This document shows, in pieces, positions 53,601 through 64,000 of a stretch of DNA of 64,000 nt (positions are counted from its first letter, which is position 1; every line of letters begins with the position of its first letter). A model generated the notes under the pieces. The model had not been told where the DNA came from. It made no database searches and saw nothing but the letters and a program-made list of their open reading frames with translations. The position numbers were made by a program, and so were the translations under genes. The DNA comes from Antedon mediterranea (Eukaryota; Animalia; Echinodermata): assembly GCF_964355755.1 (NCBI RefSeq), contig NC_092672.1, positions 12,462,001 through 12,526,000 on the forward strand, read 5' to 3'.

Positions 53601-55893
53601 ATTATAAAGAAGATATGGTTTTAAGAAAATAATACAACTTGCTGATTTTAATTATTATAATACAGAAGGGTTAGCAATGAACACATTTTAAAAGTATTAA
53701 TTTAGGCTCTTGTTCAATCTAAAATGCTACAGCTACACAATTTTAATATATTTTAAATTGTATTTTTGCTTTGATAATAACTATACATTTTTCAAATGAA
53801 AAACACATTAAACGAATCTAGGATTTGCTTATAACGGGGGACAATTTAAATTCAATTGTAATGTTAACTAATACGAATAATTACGTTACGATTTTTAAAT
53901 CATTGTAAAAGAGTAATTTACATTGTTTGTTGCTGTGATTGATGCTCCGTGAGCTACGAGACTGTTCACTATCTCTACATTACCACGGCCATACAAAACG
54001 TGTGTATGTAGCGGTGTGTTTCCATCCTGGAAAGAAGAAAGTTAGATTAAACTTGACGCATTTTTTTAAGAATACAAGTATTATTATATTACATATTTAT
54101 CATTTTCTATATTCATTTTGTAGTTTATTGAGAGTGACTGTAAATTATAAAGAAGACCTGGTTTTAAGAAAATAATACAACTGGCTGATTTTAATTACTA
54201 TAATACAGAAGGGTTAGCAATGAACACATTTTAAAAGTATTGATTTAGCGTCTTGTTCAATCTAAAATGCTACAGCTACACTATTTTTAATATATTTTAA
54301 ATTATATTTTTGGTTTGATAATAACTATACATTTTTTCCAATGAAAAACACATTAAACGAATCTAGTGTTTGTTTATAATGGTAGGTAATTTAGATTAAT
54401 TTATAGTGTTAACTAATGCGAATAATTACGTTAATGATTTTTAAATCATTTTAAAAGAGTAATTTACATTGTTTGTTGCTGTGATTGATGCTCCGTGAGC
54501 TATGAGACTGTTCACTATCTCTACATTACCACAGCCATACCTAACGTGTTCATGTAGCGGTGTGTCTCCATTCTGGAAAGAAGAAAGTTAGTTTAAACTT
54601 GACGCATTTTTTTTAAGAATACAGGTAGTATTATATTACATATTTATCCTTTTCTACATTCATTTTGTAATTATTTAATAGTGACTGTAAATTATAATAA
54701 GGTAATAAGAAAATAAGAAGAAAATAATACAATTTGCTGAGTTTAATTATTATAATACAGGTTAGCATTGAACACATTTTAAGAAAATAATAATACAACT
54801 TGTACCCTGGAAAGAAGAAAGTTAGATTAAACTTGATGCATTTTTTTTTAAGAATACAGGTAGTATTATATTACATATTTATCCTTTTCTATATTTCATT
54901 TTGTAGTTTATTGAGAGTGACTGTAAATTATAAATAAGACATGGTTTTAAGAAAATAATACAACTTGCTGATTTTAATTATTATAATACAGAGGGGTTAG
55001 CAATGAACACATTTTAAAAGTATTGATTTAGCGTCTTTTTCGATCTAAAACGCTACAGCTACACGATTTTCAATATATTTTAAATTGTATTTTTGCTTTG
55101 ATAATAACTATACATTTTTTCTACTAAAGAAAAACACAATAAACGAATCTAGAGTTTGCTTATAACGGGGGACAATTTAAATTCACTTGTAATGTTAACT
55201 AATACGAATAATTACGTTACGATTTTTAAATCATTGTAAAAGAGTAATTTACATTGTTTGTTGCTGTGATTGATGCTCCGTGGGCTATGAGACTGTTCAC
55301 TATCTCTACATTACCACGGCCATACACAACGTGTCTATGTAGCGGTGTGTTTCCATCCTGGAAAGAAGAAAGTTAGATTAAACTTGACGCATTTTTTTAA
55401 GAATACAAGTATTATTATATTACATATTTATCCTTTTCTATATTAATTTTGTAATTCATTAAGAGTGACTGTAAATTATACAGAAAAACCTGGTATTAAG
55501 AAAATAATACAACTTGCTGATTTTAATTATTATAATACAGAGGGGTTAGCACTGAACACATTTTAAAAGTATTAATTTAGCGTCTTGTTCATTCTAAAAT
55601 GCTACAGCTACACGATTTTCAATATAATTGTATTTTTGCTTTGATAACAACTATACATTTTCCAATGAAAAACACATTAAACGAATCTAGGGTTTGCATA
55701 TAACGGGAGATAATGTAAATTCACTTGAGTGTTAACTAATACGAATAATTACGTTAATGATTTTTAAATCATTGTAAGAGCAATTTACATTGTTTGTTGC
55801 TGTGATTGATGCTCCGTGAGCTATGAGACTGTTCACTATCTCTACATTATCAACGCCAAACAAAAAGTATTCATGTAGTGGTGTATTTCCCTC
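38145..55893 (-). CDS. ROCO-family protein: 6 ankyrin repeats - ROC GTPase - COR - tandem death-effector domains (24 exons; 5' start exon not located)
   Basis: Hand-spliced GT-AG exons: 55893-55789, 55357-55253, 54572-54468, 54026-53922, 53241-53137, 52355-52248, 50289-50205, 49984-49828, 49277-49174, 48785-48615, 48438-48286, 47826-47653, 47272-47067, 46698-46609, 46498-46307, 46151-45906, 45277-45083, 44979-44833, 44199-43897, 43641-43537, 43450-43246, 43064-42990, 41684-41646, 38674-38145. Phases are compatible and the total is 3810 nt. Motifs: P-loop GKEGAGKTS, G2 STDGI, G3 WDYAGQ, G4 VATHMD, COR-like ALTYLNDIGAIMY and FLVPC. Confidence 0.88.
39264..41600. mobile_element. Non-autonomous hAT-like TIR element in the last ROCO intron
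   Basis: Perfect 16-bp TIR CAGGGCTGCAAATTAA / TTAATTTGCAGCCCTG with repeated subterminal motifs (GGTAGCAC; GTCGCA/TGCGAC). Only 5 bp (GAAAA) are duplicated at the flanks. Confidence 0.7.
41807..42575 (+). mobile_element. Solo HINE/DINE-1-like element (family E) in a ROCO intron
   Basis: TTTTTAGTCGCGTG-gaa-GCGACT head, (GTCG/GTCT)n microsatellite, 3' CACGCGACT + small hairpin GGCTGTTGGCC + TTGTT. The interior 41925-42410 is homologous to the family D body. Confidence 0.85.
49507..49622. repeat. Perfect 54-bp inverted repeat with 8-nt loop (intronic)
   Basis: GTTGATACCTGAAG...TTCGAATA / TATTCGAA...CTTCAGGTATCAAC. Confidence 0.92.
50338..51141 (+). mobile_element. Shorter copy of the 25900-27356 Helitron, in a ROCO intron
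   Basis: A|TCTATATATACATTTACGTAA start. Colinear with 25900-26110 and 26735-27345. The 3' hairpin is degraded and the element ends ..CTATAG|T. Confidence 0.82.
51368..52022 (-). mobile_element. Non-autonomous Helitron of a different family, minus strand
   Basis: The minus strand reads A|TCTAAATATTAA ... ACCATGC-gga-GCACGGGT-tactg-CTAG|T. Confidence 0.62.
52248..55893 (-). CDS. Six single-ankyrin-repeat phase-0 exons (5 x 105 nt, 1 x 108 nt)
   Basis: Each reads xGxT(P/L)LHxxxxxGxxN(V/L)EIVNSL(I/V)A(H/Y)GAS(I/L)xATN(N/K) and is flanked by TTTCCAG| and |GTA. Confidence 0.92.
52530..52600 (+). pseudogene. Decayed EGF-like exon antisense within an ankyrin intron
   Basis: After TCTTTCAG| it reads GNFDDHPCQIGRTCLAGVGDYTS, compared with the EGF consensus C..xPCQNGGTCxDGVxxYTC. 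A stop follows shortly after. Confidence 0.45.
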
Positions 55894-56015
55894 CTGGAAA
55901 GAAGAAAGTTAGATTAAACTTGACGCATTTTTTTAAAGAATACATGTATTATTATTATATTACATATTTATCCTTTTCTACATTCATTTTGTAATTCATT
56001 AAGAGTGAATGTAAA

Positions 56016-56194
56016 CACCCGATTCTGTAGCTGTGGAAGTGTGGAAGACTGTCGACAGTCTACCAGAGACCTATCTGACTATATTAAGTACCTTTAATAC
56101 ACGATATCGCTGTCATTAATACAGTCAGATAGGTCTCTGGTAGACTGTCGACAGTCTTCCACACTGAGTGTACTAACAGCTACAGAATCGGGTG
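56016..56194. mobile_element. Palindromic MITE with CACCCGATTCTGTA termini, inserted in an ankyrin intron repeat
   Basis: Inverted arms; flanks ATGTAAA / ATATAAA form a 7-bp TSD with one mismatch. The empty site GAGTGACTGTAAATTATA is visible in sister intron units (e.g. ~55464). Confidence 0.85.
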
Positions 56195-58409
56195 ATATAA
56201 ATTATAAAGAAATACCATGGTATTAAGAAAATAATAACTAACTGATATCAATTAAGAAATGCAGAGGATTTTGCAATGAACATCATTTTGAAAGTATTGA
56301 TTTTAGCGTCTTGTTAAATGATGTTTAAAATACTTTTAAATTATAATTTATCTTACTTTGATAACAAAAATATTACTTGTGTTTCACAATGAAAAACAAA
56401 TTATACAAATACAGGGTTGGTTTATACGTGAGCTCATTTATATTAACTATTGAGTGTTAATTAATACGGACAATAACGTTAATAATATTAATTCATTAAT
56501 TTAGTAATTAACATTCATTTTGTAATTCATTAATAGTGACTGTAAACTGTAAAGAAAACACCTGATAGTAAGAAAGTAATACAACTAGCTGATTTTAACT
56601 TAGACGTGCAGATGTGTTACCAATGAACATTTAAAAGCTGATTTTAACTTAGACGTGCAGAAGTGTTTAGCAATGAACATTTAAAAGCAGATTTTAACTT
56701 TGAACATGTACTGTAGATGTGTTAGCAATGAACATACATTTGAAAGTATTGATGTTAGTGTCTTTTTTAATCTAAAATTTGACAGCTGTACATGGTATTT
56801 ATATATCGTAATTTTTATGGTGATAGTTAATAACTATAATTAATTTAATTATTATTATTATTTAATAAAGGACGTTTAATTTATCATTTTATTACAAAAT
56901 GTAATGACAAAAATAGAGATAGCCGACCAATTTGGTGCTTAGTGAACTTAATATTATTATTTTGTATACTTGATCTTGAAAATGGTTCTATGATGCTACC
57001 GGTTTGCTTAAAACGAGAGCTGACTAAAATTAACTTTTTAACTACTACGAATTATAACGTCACTGATTTTTAAGTAATAATAAATCTCTGTCTACGCTAC
57101 CAAACTCTATCAATAAAGCATCACATGAAATGTGACTGAACGATATCATTAGTAGAAAGGACACCAACTTGCGGGAAGCGATCCAGCACATCACCTTTTA
57201 AGCCTGGTTTCCAGTCTGCGTAAGACCTGCTTCTGTTTCCGATTGAGCCATTTTCTTACGATAACGCTTGCCTTCCGATCAGTTGACCAAAAACTAAGGT
57301 GGACAATGATCATGACCGCGTTGGACCGCAAAGATTAAGATCATTACATGTGCTGATTCCTTCCTTGTTGAAGTATGTCCTTCCTGACGTTAGGTCGAGT
57401 TGAAATGTTTTCCTGCTTTTACAATGCATGACACGGTTAACAAGAATTTATTTATGATTGCCTATAAAATTCCGTAGGTAAATGGCATCTTTTGAAATGA
57501 AGTGCCTAACAAAACTGGACCCGCAAGGATGTACAGTACATAATTAAATGGTGATAGTCGCCGACAAAATTTAATCTTGTTGCTGACAATTTGTTTCATG
57601 ATTTTTACCCGGTTTTGAATTCCTCTTTTTCACACGTGGCTAATTGAAATGATACAAACATCAAATGATCCTATACATTTCGTTTAGATTCAAGTAAACT
57701 TTTGTGAATACTGAATTTGTAGATCTGTATGTATTTATCAAACCGCCTTCAAAAAATAATTGCGAATTCCACCAATACACTCTACGGTGAATTCACTAAA
57801 TATTGTTTATTATTAATCTATTATCTATCCCACCTTCATTCTACAATTAAAAAAGAAAATATTACGTATTTCGGGTGAACGGTTTTTAAATATTTGTTGC
57901 TTTTGTATTTTATCCTATGGGTGTCGTACTGTCTGCATTTTACCCATGTTATCATATTTTTACTATATTTATATAATAAAAAGTGACAAGAAAGACAATT
58001 TATTTTACATTTCTCAGAGCTATTTGGTATTTCATCATTATTACATTTTTCACAAATTAAAATATTGTGGTTTAGGGCCTACATAGTTATTGTCAAACAT
58101 TCTCATATACAGTACTTCATTGCCTCTTTGTGCTGTATTTCACCTTTCCAAGCTGTGGATGCTTGCCAACGCCGCATAATTCACCCCCGTCATGTCAGTG
58201 ATCGGCTAGTTTTTACGATCCATTGTTGGGTTTACGCTTCCGAAAAAGCTGACTTCAAGTCATGTGCATCTACAGTTATCAGTTATCACCAATGTCCGCG
58301 TTTCTGTTCTTTCTCTTTATTTTCCAGTTATATGCACTTTATATATTTTATTTGTTGCTTGTATTTTAAAAGATACTAATAGATATAGATGAGAACTGAG
58401 CTAAGATGA

Positions 58410-58550
58410 ACTATTTTAGGTTCTATTTGTTCGATTTATGATCCATTTAGTTTCGCAGCTCCTGTACATTACAGGAAAGTTTTACAGGCTATGTGCAAGC
58501 AGAATTTACACTTAGACGAACCGTTAGCATCTGAATTACGGACCAGTTGG
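58410..58550 (+). mobile_element. BEL/Pao LTR retrotransposon pol remnant, part 1
   Basis: Reads TILGSICSIYDPFSFAAPV..KVLQAMCKQNLHLDEPLASELRTSW, matching the Pao-type SIYDPLG..AP....K..LQ.LC.....WD.PL motif. Confidence 0.8.
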
Positions 58551-58836
58551 TTAATTTCTTTCGTTCCTTTGAATGATCCAAGAAACACTTATTATTATGG
58601 TCTTTGGCCGAAATAATATAGGCCTAGGCCTACATGTGCCGGTGCCAACCCGAGGTATGGTCAATAAAGAAACACACTATATGACATTTCGGAAACTATT
58701 CTTTATTAATGTACTTTCTTACAATCCGGTGAAAACTAGAAAGAAATGCAACACAACAGGATTAAATAAAACCTACAACGTTGCTAGCCCACCGCTACAC
58801 ATTATACGGAGTATATAGGGCCTCACAATTTGGCTA

Positions 58837-59722
58837 GCGTCTAGTTCCGTTTCGCACCTGTTTTTATTTCGACTTCCTTTTGACTCCAAATTGTTAAGCA
58901 ACTTATTGTGAATACCACACCTTAAAATTGGGCCTCATAAGTACTTTTATGAAGAAGAATCACATAAAAAGTAACAAATAAATCCTTAAATTGATGATTT
59001 TACAGACATGTTTCTCGCATACCGTTCGCCGCGAATTTAGCATACTCGAAGTTCAATATTTTCCTTTCTATGGAGCGCCAAAAGAGCAACAACAATAGAT
59101 GGTTAAAACCTCAGTGGAATGCGTCTTCTTTTAATGCATTTATTATTGAAATACACGTTTAATTGTAATATATTTTGTCAATAAAAATGCTGTAACATTT
59201 TACTGCTAATAATTTGCTGTTTTCAAATAGCAACCAACCTAAGAGTAAGACTAAGAGGCATATTATTTAGATTAAGGTATACCCCTACAGTACATGTAAT
59301 ATGATGATGAATTTGTCGATTTTCATTCCTAACTAAAAAAAAGCTCCTGAAAAAACCATGTACAGTATCAACAGTAATATTTTTGTTGCATTGACAAAAT
59401 ATGATAAAATTGAACGTAATTTTCACCAATAAATGCATTAAATATACACAATTTACTGAGTTTTTAGCCCTCAATTATGATTGCTCTTTTAGCGCTCCAT
59501 AGAAACAACAACATTGAACATCGAGTATGCGAAATTCACGAACCGATGTGCGAGAAACACGTCTGTAAATTCATCAATTTAAAGGATTTATATTTTACTT
59601 TTTGTGTGATCTCCTTCGTAAAAGTATTAAAGAGGCTTAATTCTAAGGTGTGGTACTCACGATAAAGTTACTTAACCAATTTTGAGTCGAAATAAACGAC
59701 AGGTGCGAAACGGAACTAGCGC
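58837..59722. mobile_element. Diverged long-TIR/foldback MITE
   Basis: CTAGTTCCGTTTCGCACCTG.. (58841) pairs with ..CAGGTGCGAAACGGAACTAG (59720). Inverted similarity extends more than 250 bp inward. Confidence 0.75.
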
Positions 59723-59962
59723 CGGCCTAGAATAGGTAGGCTAGTAGGCTAGGGCTAAAATAAAATGCTCGTTTAACTATCAAATAACAAATAAACAGTA
59801 ACAAAATCTGTCTCACCACATTTGGCCAGTGTCATTAACAAACTTCTTGGAATAACAATAAATGCGTTAAAATTGAATCAAACAACAATACTAACAATTA
59901 AACTACTAGGCCTAGCTAGGCCTACTAGGCCTAGGGCCTATTTATCAACTGTGAGATTTAAA

Positions 59963-61606
59963 CAGCGTTGCCAGCGATAAAATTTAAATTATGCCGTATC
60001 CTGTCTCAAATAATGCCAGATTGGAAAAAATAATGCCAGATCCCCAAAATTAGGCCCTAAACAGCGCCACCAACGGTTGTATGTCTAATAAACGTTTGTA
60101 AAACCCCAACTGACACAAAATAGGGCCTAAATTGTATCCCTATGTCGTTCAAAAATTGTATTTTTAGTTTTGTGAGTAATAACTAATAATTCTAAAAATA
60201 TGGGGTGCGAAAATGGTAATTGCAAATGAAACAAACACCAACCCACGAACCCTTCTCCCCCCCCACCCCCCAAAAAAAACCTGTTACAGCCATGGAAATT
60301 TAGAATTTTTGAGCTGAAATATGAGAGCTGCTCGATCTTTGCACTTAATTTCAAATATGAAAGGATCTTAGCCCACCATAATTAGAAAATGGCAATTATA
60401 ATTTAAAATAGGAAATAAAAATATATATTAAGTGTCTCCAGGACCTCAGCCCCACCATGGTTGATAAGAAAATTTTGAAAAATGCTGATTTAAATGCCAC
60501 TTAATTTAAAATATGAAATAAAAATATATTTATTAGTGTCTCCGGGATCTTAGCCCACCATAGTTCGAAAATGGCAATTATAATTGAAAATACAGTAGGA
60601 AATCAAAATATATATTAAGTGTCTCCAGGACTCAGCCCCACCATGGTTGGGACTGGAGGTACAAACATTTGGAAAAATAGAGCTGCTCAATGGCCGGAAA
60701 TGGCACTTAATTTCAGATATGAAATAAAAATATATTTATTAGTACCTCCAGGATCTTAGCCCACCATAGTTCGAAAATGGCAATTATAATTTAAAATAGG
60801 AAATAAAAATATATATTAAGTGTCTCCAGGACCTCAGCTCCACCATGGCTGGTGCTGAGGTAAGAAAATTTGGAAAAATAGAGCTGCTCAATGGGCGGAA
60901 ATGGCACTTAATTTGAAATAAAAATCTCGCCCACTACTGGGGCTGAGAGGTGAAGAACATTTGGAAAAATAGGGTTGCTACGACGATTCAAATGGAACAT
61001 AATTTGAAATATGGAAAACAAATTCTCTAGAAGAAATTCTTTTTAAAATTAGAGCTTCTAAGTTACCAGAAATTGACATTTTAAGGGTTGGGGTAGGGGT
61101 GCGGCCGCTTTATAATTATGAACTGAAAAAACAAAACCCCTTTCATAATGTTTTCGTTCAATTGTCTCTATATCTGGGGATCCAATAACCTGCATGAACT
61201 CTGAAATAGAGCAACATAATTGGCCAATAGCTAGCCTCTTCGGATTTGTTGTACTGCCTATAATATCGCACACACGGTAGTTTTCGAGCAGCCTTCCTAT
61301 CCGAAGAGTCGATTAAGTCCGAAACGAAAGGATGGAAGAACTACTGTATTGTACGGAAAACCCGAACAGATCTGTTTTGTACGATATGATATTGTATAAG
61401 GTGATAATATGTATTAAATTGCAAGATTTATAAACAAAATATTTTAATTTTGTTCTGTGAAATATTATTTTTTTGGTTGTTCAAAAAACACAAAATTATG
61501 CCAGATTATGCTAAAAACGGCTAAATAATGCCGCGGCATTATGCCAGATGCCGTGGGCCTCCAAATAATGCCAAAAAGCATAATAATGCCAGAAATGGCA
61601 ACTATG
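59963..61606. mobile_element. Non-autonomous hAT element with 8-bp TSD GATTTAAA and internal ~180-205-bp tandem repeats
   Basis: Termini CAGCGTTGCCA / TGGCAACTATG with subterminal TAATGCC/TTATGCC motifs. TSD at 59955-59962 and 61607-61614. Internal repeats start at ~60363, 60546 and 60751. Confidence 0.85.
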
Positions 61607-62412
61607 GATTTAAATGCGCTGCATGCTTGCCGTTAAATAATTATAGAGGGGGTAGTTTCAATAAACTTTGGCGCAGACGGCTACAATGTATATAGAGTGC
61701 GTTTAACAATATTTTCTGAGCTTAAATGAGATCAGTATTTGTAGTAGACATAAGGACAATATATTTTAATTTAGATGGATTATTTGTGTAAGAGGAAAAC
61801 ATACTTAGTTCTACTATCTGAATAAACTAAAGGGAATTTATCTTCAATTGATTGTAGAGAGCATAATTTTCATAGTTTATCATTAGGCTACTATTAGGCC
61901 TAATACGATTCCATCTTCCTTTTTCTAGTTATAATATTCCTAGTCTTTGTTTAGTCACAATGTGTCTATGTTTGTAATTTTAATTAAGTATTCTTCCGTT
62001 CCAACATAATTTATATTGATTGCGTGTGAAATATTGGAGCTATAGAGAGTGTAACCTATTATCTCATAGAATTGTGTCGTTCAATAAGCCTCGCCTTTGT
62101 AAATTTTGAAATAAAAAATATTGTTGACCTGTTGAGCATGCCATGTTGCCAAATCCATTTATAGGCCTACATAATAAGTTTTACATCATTCACCCAAATC
62201 GCTCATTTTGTTGCACTTTTCTATGTTGAAAATCATAACATTGTTTAATGATTTGTTCATAATCTATTTGGCTTACTCTCAGCCACTAACGAATTCAATT
62301 AATGATACTTTGAGTTTGGATAGGGAATTCTCGATATTCTCCACTCACTGCATCACTTGGTGCAAAACTTTCTATTCCTAAAAGATATTTTTATTCTAAA
62401 ATCAAAATATAA

Positions 62413-62780
62413 TCCAAGTGGTATGAAGACATTGTTCATCTGCTGGAAAACTACAAGTCAGTCGATGCTACAAACCACAAGGAAATTCATTATATCTCAG
62501 ATGGTAGTGAAGTAGTATGTGGTCAATGCACGTATTTAAGATTGATGACTCATGATAATATTCCTTCTATTTCTCTACTATTAGCTAACGCCAAAGTTAC
62601 CCCAGCTAAAAAAAACAAGGTATCAAGTGTATGTAGCTAACCGGGTACAACAAATCAACGATGCAACTTCCATAGAAAACATCTTCTAATCCGAGTGATA
62701 TAGTCAGTAGAGCCGTGCGTGCTGACAGTAAGCAATCACATACCGGATGGGTGAGTAGTTCAACACTTCTTCACCAGGTA
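62413..62780 (+). mobile_element. BEL/Pao pol remnant, part 2 (RNase H region, frameshifted)
   Basis: Reads SKWYEDIVHL / LQVSRCYKPQ / EIHYISDGSEVVCGQCTYLRL...SLLLANAKVTPAK / YVANRVQQINDAT / NPSDIVSR. Confidence 0.82.
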
Positions 62781-64000
62781 CAAAACAAAGGCGGTTGGCC
62801 GAAATCGATGACGAATTGCGTATAAGGTAGTTGCTTCAGAACTAAAATATATTCGCTCATTCCACACTAATGTTGACAAAGTTGCTTCAGAATGGGTTTA
62901 TAACAGACAGATAAAATGAACTATAAATCACATTAAATGTATTGAATGTTCATTCCCCTTAAAGGAACCAACACGTAGTAAGGCATATTTTTCACGCTGC
63001 TGCTCTAGCCCGCTACTACGTCACACGAGATGACTCATTAATTAGATGAAATCAAGCAGCAGTTATAGTACTACACTTTGACATTTTTGTTAAAATGGAA
63101 ACTCCACTATAATTTATAGGTAGCAGCTGCATTTCTGGTATTTATGAGTCCCATGACAATACTGTATTTCACTGTCAGATCATTGAATTATTATCAAAAC
63201 AGTCCATGAAAGTTTTTGTTTGTAATATGATACTTCACACTTGAAGTATCTAAGGCCTGATGAAGTGACCCCCAGACTTGACCTTAGCAATAAAATAAAC
63301 TAAATTGAGTCTGTTTCATATCAAAGTTATTCACTTCTGTAACAAAATTCACATTATAGAAAGAGAAAAGAAACGTTTAATTATAACTAAAAAACCACAT
63401 TGTCTGACACTGACAGACAATTGAAGTATTTGGTAATTACATTTTTTCAGGTAAAATAACTATTATGTGACAATAAAATGACACATTCAAAAACAAATTT
63501 GAAATAAAAAAATATTTTTCAGAGGGACAATATATCTTTAAAACTGTTACTCAATAAGCGAGGAGCGTTTTTTGTAAGAAATATTTCTTGTTTAGATATG
63601 CCTATCAATGGTAAACTTAAAGGGGGGTTCCGGGTTTAAAATGAATAGTAAAAAATGTAAAATATATTTGTTTGTCTCTTGAACGGTAAAAGTTTCAATT
63701 TATATAAGCGCCCAGTGAAGCAGAACGAAGGCTGTGAAATGAGGCCAGATTACAAGTGCAGCTACGGCAAAATCACACTGTGGTTACAGAATAGGAAATT
63801 CGTGAAATGGTCAATCTTCCGACGACTCGTTATCATTAACCATATCAATTACTTGTAAAATTATACTTATCTGATGTAATTTTAGTCGGTCTTCCCATTT
63901 ATAAAGTCAATTTTCTATGAAAATCCATCAAAACAGTGAAAAATTAGATAAGTTTGCACTTTACGTTTGCCGATTTTCGCACTGACTTAGGGAAAGCCTT

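Noticed and set aside
57150-57420. GC-richer stretch as a candidate first exon of the ROCO gene
   Set aside because: All three minus-strand frames I tried hit stops, and there is no ankyrin-like sequence or convincing ATG plus phase-0 donor.
62959-64000. Possible Kolobok-type ends (TTAA|AGG at ~62959 and ~63617)
   Set aside because: No matching opposite terminus is visible in the window, so the evidence is insufficient.

Overview
AT-rich, intron-containing eukaryotic DNA. It looks like a marine invertebrate, but this is not verifiable from the sequence. (1) 1-20 kb, plus an outlier at 29.9-30.9 kb, is a co-oriented cluster of ~1.4-1.6 kb non-autonomous Helentron/DINE-1-like (HINE) elements from four related families (A-D). 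Their ~55-bp 5' heads and their bodies are separated in a partly bracket-like (nested) order, and families A and D carry a tRNA-like Pol III cassette. (2) 20-30 kb is an insert containing a tandem duplication. One copy took an Academ-like TIR/foldback element and the other a Helitron, so each copy shows the other's empty site. (3) 31-38 kb is intergenic, with a 5'-truncated RTE LINE and palindromic MITEs. (4) 38.1-55.9 kb (minus strand) holds a gene that I spliced by hand into 24 GT-AG exons with an open frame (3810 nt, ~1269 aa; start exon not found). Its architecture is ankyrin repeats - ROC GTPase - COR - tandem DED. Each ankyrin repeat is a separate phase-0 exon in a recently amplified exon+intron array, and variation is concentrated at the predicted binding-surface codons. 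This is the best candidate for an undescribed diversifying immune/cell-death receptor. (5) 56-64 kb contains a decayed BEL/Pao pol split by nested DNA-transposon derivatives.
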